Positions 10,216 to 22,849 of a stretch of DNA of 64,000 bases are shown here, one piece after another; positions within the stretch are counted from its first letter, which is position 1; every line of letters starts with the position of its first letter. A program made the position numbers and the translations under genes. The notes beneath the pieces were generated by a model. That model did not search any database and was not told the DNA's origin. It worked only from the letters and a program-made list of their open reading frames with translations. The stretch lies in NCBI GenBank assembly GCA_964016885.1, contig OZ024742.1:372001-436000 (forward strand), written 5' to 3'. The stretch is from Eledone cirrhosa. Lineage: Eukaryota.

Positions 10216-12999
10216 AAAGTAACACAAACTTTAAAAAACCCGACAACCACCTGATCACCTATAGATCAGGGGAGCACTCTAGTCAGTTAGATTTTATCCT
10301 CATCAGAGGACGTGACAGATGGACGGTCGTAAACACAAAAGCCTTCCCTAGTGAGGAATGTACATCCCAACATAGCTTAGTTGTCAGCGACCTCACGGTC
10401 AGAACTAGACGAGCCCTGAAACAGAGGCCAACCTGGAGAAGAAAGATCTGGAAGCTGAAAGTCCCCTCAACCAGTAACAGATTTAAAGATATTTTACTCA
10501 ACGCCTACGACAGTAAAGAAGAACAGATAGAGACATTTAACGTAGAAGAGAACTGGGAGTTCCTAAAAAATAACTTACTAGAGGCGACGGATGAGGTTTG
10601 TGGCTGGAGAAAGACCTCAAGCAGGAGGGGAGTGACTTGGTGGTGGAACAATAAAGTAGATGAAGCAGTCAAGGCCAAGAGACAGGCATGGAAAGAATGG
10701 AAGAACGGGGGGAGCAGGGTACATTACATAGAGACCAAGAGGGAAGCTAGGCGACAAGTATACTTAGCTAGGAGGGAAGCAGAGGATAGAAAATTCAAGC
10801 ATGTTTTACAACGTGAGGACCAGAAACAGGAGGTATTCAAGATTGCGAGGCAGTGTGTCAGAGATAGTTGTGATGTCATTGGAGAGAAGTGTATCCGGAA
10901 TGATAAAGGTGAGCTTGCCCTCACAAGTGCTGAGAAGAAAGATGCATGGAAGAGTCATTATGATAGATTACTAAATGAGGAGAATGCATGGGAAGAAGAG
11001 ACCCTACCCCATGTAGACCCTATAGAGGGACCAGCAGTACAAGTCAGCGGCAGCGTAGTAAGTAAGGCAATCAGAGATATGAAGATGGGGAAGGCAACCG
11101 GTCCATCGGGTATAGCTGCCGAGATGCTGAAGGCATCTGGGTCTGTAGGTCACACTATAACCACACGTATCGTTAACCAGGTAGTACTAGAAGGGGCCAT
11201 ACCAAAAGATTGGTGCAGTAGCATCATTGTCAACTGCTACAAAGGTAAAGGCGATGCACTAGATAGAGGAAACTATAGAGGTATAAAGTTGATGGACCAG
11301 GTCATGAAAGTAACAGAAAGAGTTATAGCACAGCTGATTAGGGACCGGGTGAATATAGACGAGATGCAATTTGGGTTTGTACCAGGGAGAGGCACCACTG
11401 ATACCTTCTTCCTTGTGAGACAATTACAGGAAAAGTACCTAGCTAAAAGTAAGCCACTCTACTTGGCATTTGTCGACCTTGAGAAAGCCTTTGACAGAGT
11501 TCCACGTGCAGTAATCTGGTGGGCTCTTAGAAAACTAGGAGTAGATGAATGGCTTGTGAAAGCGGTACAAGCCATGTATAGGGGAGCAGTCAGCAAAGTT
11601 AGGATTAGCAATGAGTATAGCGAGGAATTTAGCGTACAGGTTGGGGTCCACCAGGGCTCTGTTCTTAGCCCTCTCCTGTTCATCATAGTCCTGCAGGCAA
11701 TAACGGAGGAGTTTAAGACCGGATGCCCATGGGAACTCCTGTATGCTGATGACCTCGCACTCATAGCTGAATCTATGGTAGAACTAGAGAATAAATTCCA
11801 AACCTGGAAGCAGGGACTAGAGAGAAAGGGCCTCAAAGTCAACATGACAAAGACTAAGGTCCTTGTAAGTAGACGAGAAAACAGAACCCAGATCCCCTCA
11901 GGGAAATGGCCTTGCTCAGTATGTAGGAAAGGTGTAGGTAGGAACTCCATTCTCTGCCCCAAATGCAAACAATGGGTACACAAGAGATGTAGCGGGATCT
12001 CAGGAAGCTTAATTAAGAATGTAGGATTCACATGCAGCAGCTGTGCTGAAACAGCAAGCAAACAGCCACAGGAAACAAGTACCACCAATCTCTGGGAGGG
12101 CCCTGTAGAAACAGTAGACAGCTTCTGCTACCTAGGTGACCGAATTAGCAACGGAGGTGGGTGCTCAGAAAGTACAATAACTAGGGTAAGAACGGGATGG
12201 AAGAAGTTTAGGGAACTACTACCACTGCTAGCTGCAAAAGGCTTCTCCCTCAGAATGAAAGGCAGACTGTATGATGCGTGTATCCGAACAGCGATGTTGC
12301 ATGGTAGTGAGACCTGGGCGCTGAAGGTGGAAGACTTACGTAGATTAGAGAGAAACGAAGCCTGCATGCTCCGATGGATGTGTAACAGTAATATACGTGA
12401 ACGACAAAGCATAAAGGAATTGAGAGAGAGACTGAGCATAAGAGGAATCAAATGCTGCGTGCAGGAGAGGCGGTTACGCTGGTATGGACATGTGATGCGT
12501 ATGAAGGATGACAGCTGCATAAAAAGGTGCAGAGCACTAGAAGCTGATGGAAACCGCGGAGTGGGGAGACCCAAGATGACTTGGGATGAGGTGATAAAAG
12601 CCGACCTTACCCAACTACACCTCTCAAAGACAATGACACACGACCGTGACTTCTGGCGTCACGCAGTAATACAGGGTACCCGACCTCCCATGGGTACATG
12701 ATGAAGCATATAAACAATATGCCCCCCCCCCACCGCAAGGTGGTCGTGGAGGTGCCACGGCAAAAAAGCACCCAGCCCACACTGTAAAGTGGACGTGTAG
12801 GCGCCACGAAAAAGCACCCAGCACTCACTGTAAATGAGGTTGGTGTTAGGAAGGGCATCCAGCTGTAGAAATCAAGCCAGATCAGTTCCTGTATGAGCAA
12901 GGCATGGTCAGCCGACCAGACACTGCCCACAACAGGACAACCCGTCTAACCCATGCTAGCGTGGAAGAACGGACGTAAAACGGTGATGATGATGATGAT
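10216..12999 (+). mobile_element. RTE-clade LINE family B, longest copy, truncated within the APE endonuclease
   Basis: begins SNTNFKK..ITYRSG..SQLDFIL..SQHSLV (APE C-terminus), then RT, 3'UTR and (GAT)n. Confidence 0.95.
10218..12701 (+). CDS. RTE-B ORF (C-terminal APE, linker, RT with PHD-like finger); no start codon because of truncation
   Basis: 10218 is in the same frame as track ORF 10632-12701; YADD intact. Confidence 0.88.
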   Translation, partial: SNTNFKKPDNHLITYRSGEHSSQLDFILIRGRDRWTVVNTKAFPSEECTSQHSLVVSDLTVRTRRALKQRPTWRRKIWKLKVPSTSNRFKDILLNAYDSKEEQIETFNVEENWEFLKNNLLEATDEVCGWRKTSSRRGVTWWWNNKVDEAVKAKRQAWKEWKNGGSRVHYIETKREARRQVYLARREAEDRKFKHVLQREDQKQEVFKIARQCVRDSCDVIGEKCIRNDKGELALTSAEKKDAWKSHYDRLLNEENAWEEETLPHVDPIEGPAVQVSGSVVSKAIRDMKMGKATGPSGIAAEMLKASGSVGHTITTRIVNQVVLEGAIPKDWCSSIIVNCYKGKGDALDRGNYRGIKLMDQVMKVTERVIAQLIRDRVNIDEMQFGFVPGRGTTDTFFLVRQLQEKYLAKSKPLYLAFVDLEKAFDRVPRAVIWWALRKLGVDEWLVKAVQAMYRGAVSKVRISNEYSEEFSVQVGVHQGSVLSPLLFIIVLQAITEEFKTGCPWELLYADDLALIAESMVELENKFQTWKQGLERKGLKVNMTKTKVLVSRRENRTQIPSGKWPCSVCRKGVGRNSILCPKCKQWVHKRCSGISGSLIKNVGFTCSSCAETASKQPQETSTTNLWEGPVETVDSFCYLGDRISNGGGCSESTITRVRTGWKKFRELLPLLAAKGFSLRMKGRLYDACIRTAMLHGSETWALKVEDLRRLERNEACMLRWMCNSNIRERQSIKELRERLSIRGIKCCVQERRLRWYGHVMRMKDDSCIKRCRALEADGNRGVGRPKMTWDEVIKADLTQLHLSKTMTHDRDFWRHAVIQGTRPPMGT

Positions 13000-13006
13000 A
13001 TATATA

Positions 13007-13345
13007 CACATGGCTTAGTGGTTAGAGCATTGGCCTTGCAATCGAAAGGTTGTGAGTTCAATTCTCAGACCGGGTGATGTGTTGTTTTCTTGAGCAAGAC
13101 ACTTTATTTCACATTGCTCCAGTGTACTCAGCTGTAGAAATGAGATGATAGGGACTGGGGTCCATATAATTCCACTGCAAAGTGGTCGTGGAGGTGCTAC
13201 GGCAAAAAAGCACCCAGCACTCACTGTAAATGAGGTTGGTGTTAGGAAGGGCATCCAGCTGTAGAAATCAAGCCAGAATCAGTTCCCGTCCCACCCTTGC
13301 AAGCAGGGAAAAGCGGACGTAAAATGATGATGATGATGATGATGA
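13007..13345 (+). mobile_element. tRNA-derived chimeric SINE
   Basis: A-box TGGCTTAGTGG, B-box GAGTTCAATTC; body matches RTE-B 3'UTR; end CCCACCCTTGCAAGCAGGGAAAAGCGGACGTAAAA(TGA)n matches RTE-C terminus. Confidence 0.88.
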
Positions 13346-13701
13346 TATATACACACACACCAACTAATGAACTGATATAGCACACCAATAAACCAATCCC
13401 ACACCGAATGTGTCCGTGTGTATACAGTTTAGAATAGATATATCATATCATTGCATATCTTAAGAAGCAACTAAAAGGGTTGGTGTCAGGAAGAGCATCC
13501 AGCTCGAAGACATTGCCTCAAAAATCCCATCTAACCTATACGAGCATAGAGAAATTGGCATAAAAATGGTGATCGTGGTGTGATGATGAGGAGGAGGATA
13601 CCACTAAACTTATCACACATTGGTGACAATGCATGGACTCATGGTTAAGGTGTTAAGTTTCACAAACATAAGGCTGGAGGGGAAATTTGGTAGAGAGAGA
13701 G

Positions 13702-14008
<307 letters not shown>

Positions 14009-14276
14009 AAATATGTACATGTTCTGTCTTAACTTCCATTGGTGTTTGTCTTGTAATTTAGCAGTTTGACAGAGATTAATGAAATAAGTAGCAGGCATGT
14101 ATTGGGGTTGATAGGTTCAACTAAATCTCCATGGTAGTGTAATGAGGTGGGCACAGTCTAATGACTTCAATATATACACACACATATATATATATATATA
14201 CACACACATATATACATACACACACACATACAATTAGTGAGAAGTGAGGTGCCATGATGCAGAAGAAAATCCAGAG

Positions 14277-14497
14277 TAACAACTACATCAAAACAACCAC
14301 TACAATAACAACAACAGCAACTACAACAACAGCAACTACAACTACAACAGCCACTACAACAACAACCACTACAATAACCACTACAACAACAACCACTACA
14401 ACAACAGCCACTACAACTACAACAACAATAACAACAGCAACAACCACTACAACAGCAACAACAACAACAGCCACTACAACAACAACAGTTATAACTA
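14277..14497. repeat. (ACA)n-type trinucleotide repeat
   Basis: direct inspection. Confidence 0.9.
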
Positions 14498-14730
14498 CTG
14501 TAGAACAAGTGGGGAGGACTATATAACAAGCTATAAGCCTTCAAGTACAGGGTTTACAGACGTTTTCAGTTACAAATCTATTATAAGAGGATTTGGGCTG
14601 AATTTATGGAAAACTTGTTTCAATTCAGTTTCACAGTTTTTAGTATTTCTGTGGAAATAATAGAAAAACCTCTGAGGTGACGTTACAAGTCTTACAACTA
14701 AATTACTGTCAACTTGACAAACTTCTAGTA

Positions 14731-15582
14731 ATGTGTGTGTGTGTGTGTGTCTGTCTGTGTGTGTGTGTGTATATGTGTGTATCTGTGTGTGTGTCTGTAT
14801 CTGTGTGTATCTGCGTACCTGTGTGTGTGTATCCATGTGTATCTGCGTACCTGTGTATCTGCGTACCTGTGTATCTGTGTGTGTGTGTCTGTGTGTGTGT
14901 GTCTGTGTGTATCTGCGTACCTGTGTGTGTGTATCCGTGTGTATCTGCGTACCTGTGTGTGTGTATCCGTGTGTATCTGCGTACCTGTGTGTGTGTGTGT
15001 ATCTGTGTGTGTGTGTGTGTGTATCCGTGTGTATCTGCGTACCTGTGTGTGTGTGTGTGTGTGTATCCGTGTGTATCTGTGTACCTGTGTGTGTATCCGT
15101 GTGTGTGTGTGTGTGTGTCTGTATCTGTGTGTGTGTGTGTGTATCCGTGTGTATCTGCGTACCTGTGTGTGTGTGTGTGTGTGTGTATCCGTGTGTATCT
15201 GCGTACCTGTGTGTGTGTGTGTATCCGTGTGTATCTGCGTGTGTGTGTGTGTGTGTATCCGTGTATCTGCATACCTGTGTGCGTGTGTGTGTATCCGTGT
15301 GTATCTGCGTACCTGTGTGTGTGTGTGTATCCGTGTGTATCTGCGTGTGTGTGTGTGTATCCGTGTGTATCTGCATACCTGTGTGCGTGTGTGTGTATCC
15401 GTGTGTATCTGCGTACCTGTGTGTGTGTGTGTATCCGTGTGTATCTGTGTGTGTGTATCCGTGTGTATCTGCATACCTGTGTGTGTGTGTGTGTATCCGT
15501 GTGTATCTGCATACCTGTGTGTGTGTGTGTATCCGTGTGTATCTGCGTGTGTGTATCCGTGTGTATCTGCATACCTGTGTGC
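14731..15582. repeat. Compound minisatellite (GT)n-ATCCGTGTGTATCTGCRTACCT
   Basis: recurrent ~30-40 bp unit with variable GT number. Confidence 0.9.
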
Positions 15583-16174
15583 ATGCCGGGAGCTTAGAGA
15601 GAACTTCATTAATTCATGGTTGCTATATGTATATTTTCAAGTAAAACTTTAAACAAAGAAAAATAACAAAAAAAGAAAAAGAAAAAAAAAGAAAAAAAGA
15701 AAAGAAAAAAACAAGCAATCAAAGTAACTTGCGATTTTTCAAATAATTTGGAAAAATTGAAAATCCGAATTTGGAGAGATTTAGAAATATAGGTAGAAAT
15801 ATACCTGAGGTATCTTACATTATCATGAAAGGTTTTCAGATAAAAATAAACATTTTGAAACAAACAGTTGTGTAACATAGAACTAGGGGTAGTGTTTAGG
15901 TTTCAGGCAGGTTGGGGTCAAAAAATTTTAAATACCTTGTCTAGAAATAAATATAATATATATATATATATATATATCATCGAGTGCTCACCCAGGTGAA
16001 CCTACAGTAACTCTAAGTTACACTCCCTGGATATATATATATAAAATGAAATATTATACAAGTAAATAAATATATACATACATTCACAATCAAACAGAGA
16101 CAAGATAGGGTAGAAAGGGATGTTTGGCCACGTCTATAGCATGACAACCTCTCTTGTGATGGTGCAACAACAAA

Positions 16175-16352
16175 ATGCTCCCAGTTCACTCTGTAAAGTG
16201 GTTGGTTTTATGAAGGACATCCAATGCATGTGAGATGCTGTCCTTCAACTCATGTAGGTAGGCAATAAATCCAAATAAGAAATGACTTGGACTGCAATGA
16301 TCCTCTCCAGTTCACGCCAACGTGGAAAGAAGGTATAAAACGCTGATGCTGA
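16175..16352 (+). pseudogene. Degenerate SINE/RTE 3' region (similar remnant at 13477-13590)
   Basis: CACTCTGTAAAGTGGTTGG..GAAGGACATCCA box and a decayed tail. Confidence 0.55.
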
Positions 16353-16657
16353 CAATCATACATAGAGAAGACTAAATTCTTCATTCCACCAGAATTTAGA
16401 TGTAGTAAACATCAACAAAAACCTACTCAAACATCTAAAGTACAGACAGTCAATTAAATGTTAAATTTAGAATTATTTCTACTCCAATATTTGTTATGCT
16501 ACTTAACAAATTCATCCTTTTCTACTCCATAAACATTCTTTTATTATTATTATTCATTTTTACATCCTTATTTCTTTTTAAACCATTTACTATTAAACTT
16601 TGTAGTACATCTTCGTCAAGGATGAACAAATATAATTTGACCATGAAAAGAAAAGTT

Positions 16658-19600
16658 AGGTGCAGGTATGGCTGTGTGGTTAACAGTTCACTTCACAACA
16701 TAGGTGTAGGTATGGCTGTGTGGTTAAGGTGTTCACTTCACAACATAGGTGTAGGTATGGCTGTGAGGTTAACAGTTCACTTCACAACATAGGTGTAGGA
16801 ATGGCTGTGTGGTTAAGGTGTTCACTTCACAACATAGGTGTAGGTATGGCTGTGAGGTTAACAGTTCACTTCACAACATAGGTGTAGGAATGGCTGTGTG
16901 GTTAACAGTTCACTTCACAACATAGGTGTATATAAGGCTGTGTGGTTAACAGTTCACCTCACAACATAGGTGTAGGTATGGCTGTGTGGTTAACAGTTCA
17001 CTTCACAACATAGGTGTAGGTATGGCTGTGAGGTTAAGGAGTTCACTTCACAACATAGGTGTAGGTATGGTTGTGAGGTTAACAGTTCACTTCACAACAT
17101 AGGTGTAGGTATGGTTGTGTGGTTAACAGTTCACTTCACAACATAGGTGTAGGTATGGCTGTGTGGATAACAGTTCACTTCACAACATAGGTGTAGGTAT
17201 GGCTGTGTGGTTAACAGTTTACTTCACAACATAGGTGTAGGTATGGCTGTGTGGTTAACAGTTCACTTCACAACATAGGTGTAGGTATGGTTGTGAGGTT
17301 AACAGTTCACTTCACAACATAGGTGTAGGTATGGCTGTGAGGTTAAGGTGTTCACTTCACAACATAGGTGTAGGTATGGCTGTGAGGTTAACAGTTCACT
17401 TTACAACATAGGTGTAGGTATGGCTGTGTGGTTAACAGTTTACTTCACAACATAGGTGTAGGTATGGCTGTGAGGTTAAGGAGTTCACTTCACAACATAG
17501 GTGTAGGTATGGTTGTGAGGTTAAGGAGTTCACTTCACAACATAGGTGTAGGTATGGTTGTGAGGTTAAGGAGTTCACTTCACAACATAGGTGTAGGTAT
17601 GGTTGTGAGGTTAAGGAGTTCACTTCACAACATAGGTGTAGGTATGGTTGTGAGGTTAAGGAGTTCACTTCACAACATAGGTGTAGGTATGGCTGTGTGG
17701 TTAAGGTGTTCACTTCACAACATAGGTGCAGGTATGGCTGTGTGGTTAAAAGTTCACTTCACAACATAGGTGTAGGTATGGCTGTGTGGTTAACAGTTCA
17801 CTTCACAACATAGGTGTAGGTATAGCTGTGTGGTTAACAGTTCACTTCACAACATAGGTGTAGGTATGGCTGTGAGGTTAAGGTGTTCACTTCACAACAT
17901 AGGTGTAGGTATGGCTGTGAGGTTAACAGTTCACTTTACAACATAGGTGTAGGGATGGCTGTGTGGTTAACAGTTTACTTCACAACATAGGTGTAGGTAT
18001 GGCTGTGAGGTTAAGGAGTTCACTTCACATAGGTGTAGGTATGGTTGTGAGGTTAAGGAGTTCACTTCACAACATAGGTGTAGGTATGGTTGTGAGGTTA
18101 AGGAGTTCACTTCACAACATAGGTGTAGGTATGGCTGTGTGGTTAAGGTGTTCACTTCACAACATAGGTGCAGGTATGGCTGTGTGGTTAACAGTTCACT
18201 TCACAACATAGGTGTAGGTATGGCTGTGTGGTTAACAGTTCACTTCACAACATAGGTGTAGGTATGGCTGCGTGGTTAACAGTTCACTTCACAACATAGG
18301 TGTAGGTATGGCTGTGAGGTTAACAGTTCACTTCACAACATAGGTGTAGGTATGGCTGTGAGGTTAAGGTGTTCACTTCACAACATAGGTGTAGGTATGG
18401 TTGTGTGGTTAACAGTTCACTTCACAACATAGGTGTAGGTATGGCTGTGTGGTTAACAGTTCACTTCACAACATAGGTGTAGGTATGGTTGTGAGGTTAA
18501 GGAGTTCACTTCACAACATAGGTGTAGGTATGGCTGTGTGGTTAAGGAGTTCACTTCACAACATAGGTGTAGGTATGGCTGTGGTTAAGGAGTTCACTTC
18601 ACAACATAGGTGTAGTTATGGCTGTGTGGTTAACAGTTCACTTCACAACATAGGTGTAGGTATGGTTGTGAGATTAAGGAGTTCACTTCACAACATAGGT
18701 GTAGGTATGGCTGTGGTTAAGGAGTTCACTTCACAACATAGGTGTAGTTATGGCTGTGTGGTTAACAGTTCACTTCACAACATAGGTGTAGGTATGGTTG
18801 TGTGGTTAACAGTTCACTTCACAACATAGGTGTAGGTATGGCTGTGTGGATAACAGTTCACTTCACAACATAGGTGTAGGTATGGCTGTGTGGTTAACAG
18901 TTTACTTCACAACATAGGTGTAGGTATGGCTGTGTGGTTAACAGTTCACTTCACAACATAGGTGTAGGTATGGTTGTGAGGTTAACAGTTCACTTCACAA
19001 CATAGGTGTAGGTATGGCTGTGAGGTTAAGGTGTTCACTTCACAACATAGGTGTAGGTATGGCTGTGAGGTTAACAGTTCACTTTACAACATAGGTGTAG
19101 GTATGGCTGTGTGGTTAACAGTTTACTTCACAACATAGGTGTAGGTATGGCTGTGAGGTTAAGGAGTTCACTTCACAACATAGGTGTAGGTATGGTTGTG
19201 AGGTTAAGGAGTTCACTTCACAACATAGGTGTAGGTATGGTTGTGAGGTTAAGGAGTTCACTTCACAACATAGGTGTAGGTATGGTTGTGAGGTTAAGGA
19301 GTTCACTTCACAACATAGGTGTAGGTATGGTTGTGAGGTTAAGGAGTTCACTTCACAACATAGGTGTAGGTATGGCTGTGTGGTTAAGGTGTTCACTTCA
19401 CAACATAGGTGCAGGTATGGCTGTGTGGTTAAAAGTTCACTTCACAACATAGGTGTAGGTATGGCTGTGTGGTTAACAGTTCACTTCACAACATAGGTGT
19501 AGGTATGGCTGTGTGGTTAACAGTTCACTTCACAACATAGGTGTAGGTATGGCTGTGAGGTTAAGGTGTTCACTTCACAACATAGGTGTAGGTATGGCTG

Positions 19601-21398
19601 TGAGGTTAACAGTTCACTTTACAACATAGGTGTAGGGATGGCTGTGTGGTTAACAGTTTACTTCACAACATAGGTGTAGGTATGGCTGTGAGGTTAAGGA
19701 GTTCACTTCACATAGGTGTAGGTATGGTTGTGAGGTTAAGGAGTTCACTTCACAACATAGGTGTAGGTATGGTTGTGAGGTTAAGGAGTTCACTTCACAA
19801 CATAGGTGTAGGTATGGCTGTGTGGTTAAGGTGTTCACTTCACAACATAGGTGCAGGTATGGCTGTGTGGTTAACAGTTCACTTCACAACATAGGTGTAG
19901 GTATGGCTGTGTGGTTAACAGTTCACTTCACAACATAGGTGTAGGTATGGCTGCGTGGTTAACAGTTCACTTCACAACATAGGTGTAGGTATGGCTGTGA
20001 GGTTAACAGTTCACTTCACAACATAGGTGTAGGTATGGCTGTGAGGTTAAGGTGTTCACTTCACAACATAGGTGTAGGTATGGTTGTGTGGTTAACAGTT
20101 CACTTCACAACATAGGTGTAGGTATGGCTGTGTGGTTAACAGTTCACTTCACAACATAGGTGTAGGTATGGTTGTGAGGTTAAGGAGTTCACTTCACAAC
20201 ATAGGTGTAGGTATGGCTGTGTGGTTAAGGAGTTCACTTCACAACATAGGTGTAGGTATGGCTGTGGTTAAGGAGTTCACTTCACAACATAGGTGTAGTT
20301 ATGGCTGTGTGGTTAACAGTTCACTTCACAACATAGGTGTAGGTATGGTTGTGAGGTTAAGGAGTTCACTTCACAACATAGGTGTAGGTATGGCTGTGTG
20401 GTTAACAGTTCACTTCACAACATAGGTGTAGGTATGGTTGTGAGGTTAAGGTGTTCACTTCACAACATAGGTGTAGGTATGGCTGTGAGGTTAACAGGTC
20501 ACTTCACAACATAGGTGTAGGTATGGCTGTGTGGTGAAGGAGTTCACTTCACAACATAGGTGTAGGTATGGCTGTGTGGTTAAGGAGTTCACTTCACAAC
20601 ATAGGTGTAGGTATGGCTGTGGTTAAGGAGTTCACTTCACAACATAGGTGTAGTTATGGCTGTGTGGTTAACAGTTCACTTCACAACATAGGTGTAGGTA
20701 TGGTTGTGAGGTTAAGGAGTTCACTTCACAACATAGGTGTAGGTATGGCTGTGTGGTTAACAGTTCACTTCACAACATAGGTGTAGGTATGGTTGTGAGG
20801 TTAAGGTGTTCACTTCACAACATAGGTGTAGGTATGGCTGTGAGGTTAACAGGTCACTTCACAACATAGGTGTAGGTATGGTTGTGAGGTTAACAGTTCA
20901 CTTTACAACATAGGTGTAGGTATGGTTGTGAGGTTAAGGTGTTCACTTCACAACATAGGTGTAGGTATGGCTGTGTGGTTAACAGTTCACTTCATAACAT
21001 AGGTGTAGGTATGGTTGTGAGGTTAACAGTTCACTTCACAACATAGGTGTAGGTATGGTTGTGAGGTTAACAGGTCACTTCACAACATAGGTGTAGGTAT
21101 GGCTGTGTGGTGAAGGAGTTCACTTCACAACATAGGTGTAGGTATGGCTGTGAGGTTAAGGAGTTCACTTCACAACATAGGTGTAGGTATGGCTGTGAGG
21201 TTAAGGAGTTCACTTCACAACATAGGTGTAGGTATGGCTGTGTGGTTAACAGTTCACTTTACAACATAGGTGTAGGTATGGTTGTGTGGTTAAGGACTTC
21301 ACTTTACAACATAGGTATAGGTAAGGCTGTGTGATTAACAGTTCACTTTACAACATAGGTGTAGGTATGCCTGTGTGGTTAAGGTGTTCACCTCACAA
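16658..21398 (+). repeat. 44/45-bp satellite (~105 units) derived from a tRNA-SINE 5' head, with a 1683-bp higher-order duplication
   Basis: unit AGGTGTAGGTATGGYTGTGWGGTTAA(CA|GGA|GGT)GTTCACTTCACAACAT; matching variant blocks at 17428/19111, 17963/19646, 18449/20132. Confidence 0.93.
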
Positions 21399-21512
21399 CC
21401 TCATGGTTCTGTGTTAAGTCCAACAGCACCTTTGGCAAGTGTCTTCTATAGCCTCACATTGATATATGCCAAGTGAGTGGAATTTGGTGGGCAGAAACTA
21501 CAGAGGCTCATC
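21357..21512 (+). mobile_element. tRNA-derived SINE whose head is the last satellite unit
   Basis: last unit continues CAACCTCATGGTTCTGTGTTAAGTCC..CACCTTTGGCAAGTGTCTTCTATAGCC..GAGTGGAATTTGG..GAAACT. Confidence 0.7.
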
Positions 21513-21844
21513 ATATATATTATTAAGAATGGTTTTCTTAAAGAAACAGTTCTAATCTTTTAGAAGTCATTCCTACATGATGTGTGTGTGTGTGTGTGTT
21601 TCTTCATTGTACTGTCGTTTGCTTTGTTATTCCTGTTTGCCTTACACACACATATATATATATAAAAGGAAAGAAGAAATTAAAAGTTGGTTTAAAAAGT
21701 TCCATATATTTTATTATGCGCATTTCGAAAACAACATCATCCTGGGACAAAAATTGTGTTCCTATCAGATAAAATAAGGTAACATGATATGAGGCCTAAA
21801 AACACTTGTGAACAAGAAAGTGTCCAGCCTATATATATATACAA

Positions 21845-21879
<35 letters not shown>

Positions 21880-22115
21880 CACATATACACATGCATACAC
21901 ACTCTTACATGTATGCATACCTTCTTAAATACACCCTCCCAGATAGAGACACATACATTCATATTTACACACATGCCGTCATATCTATTTCCTCGTGTCA
22001 ATGTTGTCATATATAAAACAACATATACAATATATACACATCACACACACAGTCACATCTATTTCCTCATGCCAATGTTGGTCATATATATAACATACAT
22101 ATGATAAAGACGTAC

Positions 22116-22138
22116 CTGAGGTTAGTGGGAGATCACAC
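22116..22138 (-). other. Candidate 23-nt microexon
   Basis: minus strand tttcttctttttatcttttcacag|GTGTGATCTCCCACTAACCTCAG|gtacgt; one open frame (CDLPLTS). Confidence 0.35.
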
Positions 22139-22224
22139 CTGTGAAAAGATAAAAAGAAGAAATTTGTTTATATAATAATCAAACTCTCATCTTGTAACAT
22201 TATAACAATTATTTCACCTCAACT

Positions 22225-22400
22225 AGCCCCACTCTAACATTACACCAAAACACATTAAAACAGAAACAGATCCCATAAAATTCTAAACGACTTTGAACAA
22301 ATTCCTCCAAGAAATCTCGGATATGACTCCGTAAACAATAACTCCCTACTTGAGTGGGCCATGGTGTCCAAAATATTTGCGAGGTGGTGGTATTAGATTA
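22225..22400 (+). pseudogene. Degenerate 3' fragment of the CR1-group LINE
   Basis: [21 protein letters not shown] matches the C-terminus of ORF 35800-37722. Confidence 0.7.
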
Positions 22401-22849
22401 CCCTAACCACTAGGCCACAATATGGAACCAGGTCCAGATATTGAACCCTCAACCATATGACTAAGTCTATCACCCTAACCACTAGGTCATACACCGTCAC
22501 AAAGACTATAGTCAAAGAACTTCAACTTAATTCTTTCACATTGTTCCATTGAGATATTGCCAGTTTTCTACAAGAATTTATCAAAATCTGAATATGACCA
22601 TTATTATTGCTCAGTTAATTTGTCGTACTCTATGTAAATGATATTTTGAGCTGTCAATATCAATAAATTTAGTTTCAAACAAGAGAGACATTCGACATAT
22701 TAATGAGAGTCTAACAGAGTTGGCTGCGTCTGTCATTGCTATCTCAGACATTATCACTGCCACGCAATGACAGCAAATTACCTACAACATGAAATTTGTT
22801 TTACAATTCTACCATATAAGACACTCCCACGCATGTATGCATATATATA

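Noticed and set aside
13007-13075. tRNA gene
   Set aside because: A and B boxes present but no proper acceptor stem; continues into a SINE body
14570-14677. Plus-strand exon candidate (LQIYYKRIWAEF...)
   Set aside because: Weak donor (GTGACG), no recognisable homology; could be chance
16658-21398. 44/45-bp array as CRISPR or repetitive protein (ORFs 17428-21334)
   Set aside because: No spacers; mixed 44/45-bp units break the frame; explained as a SINE-head satellite
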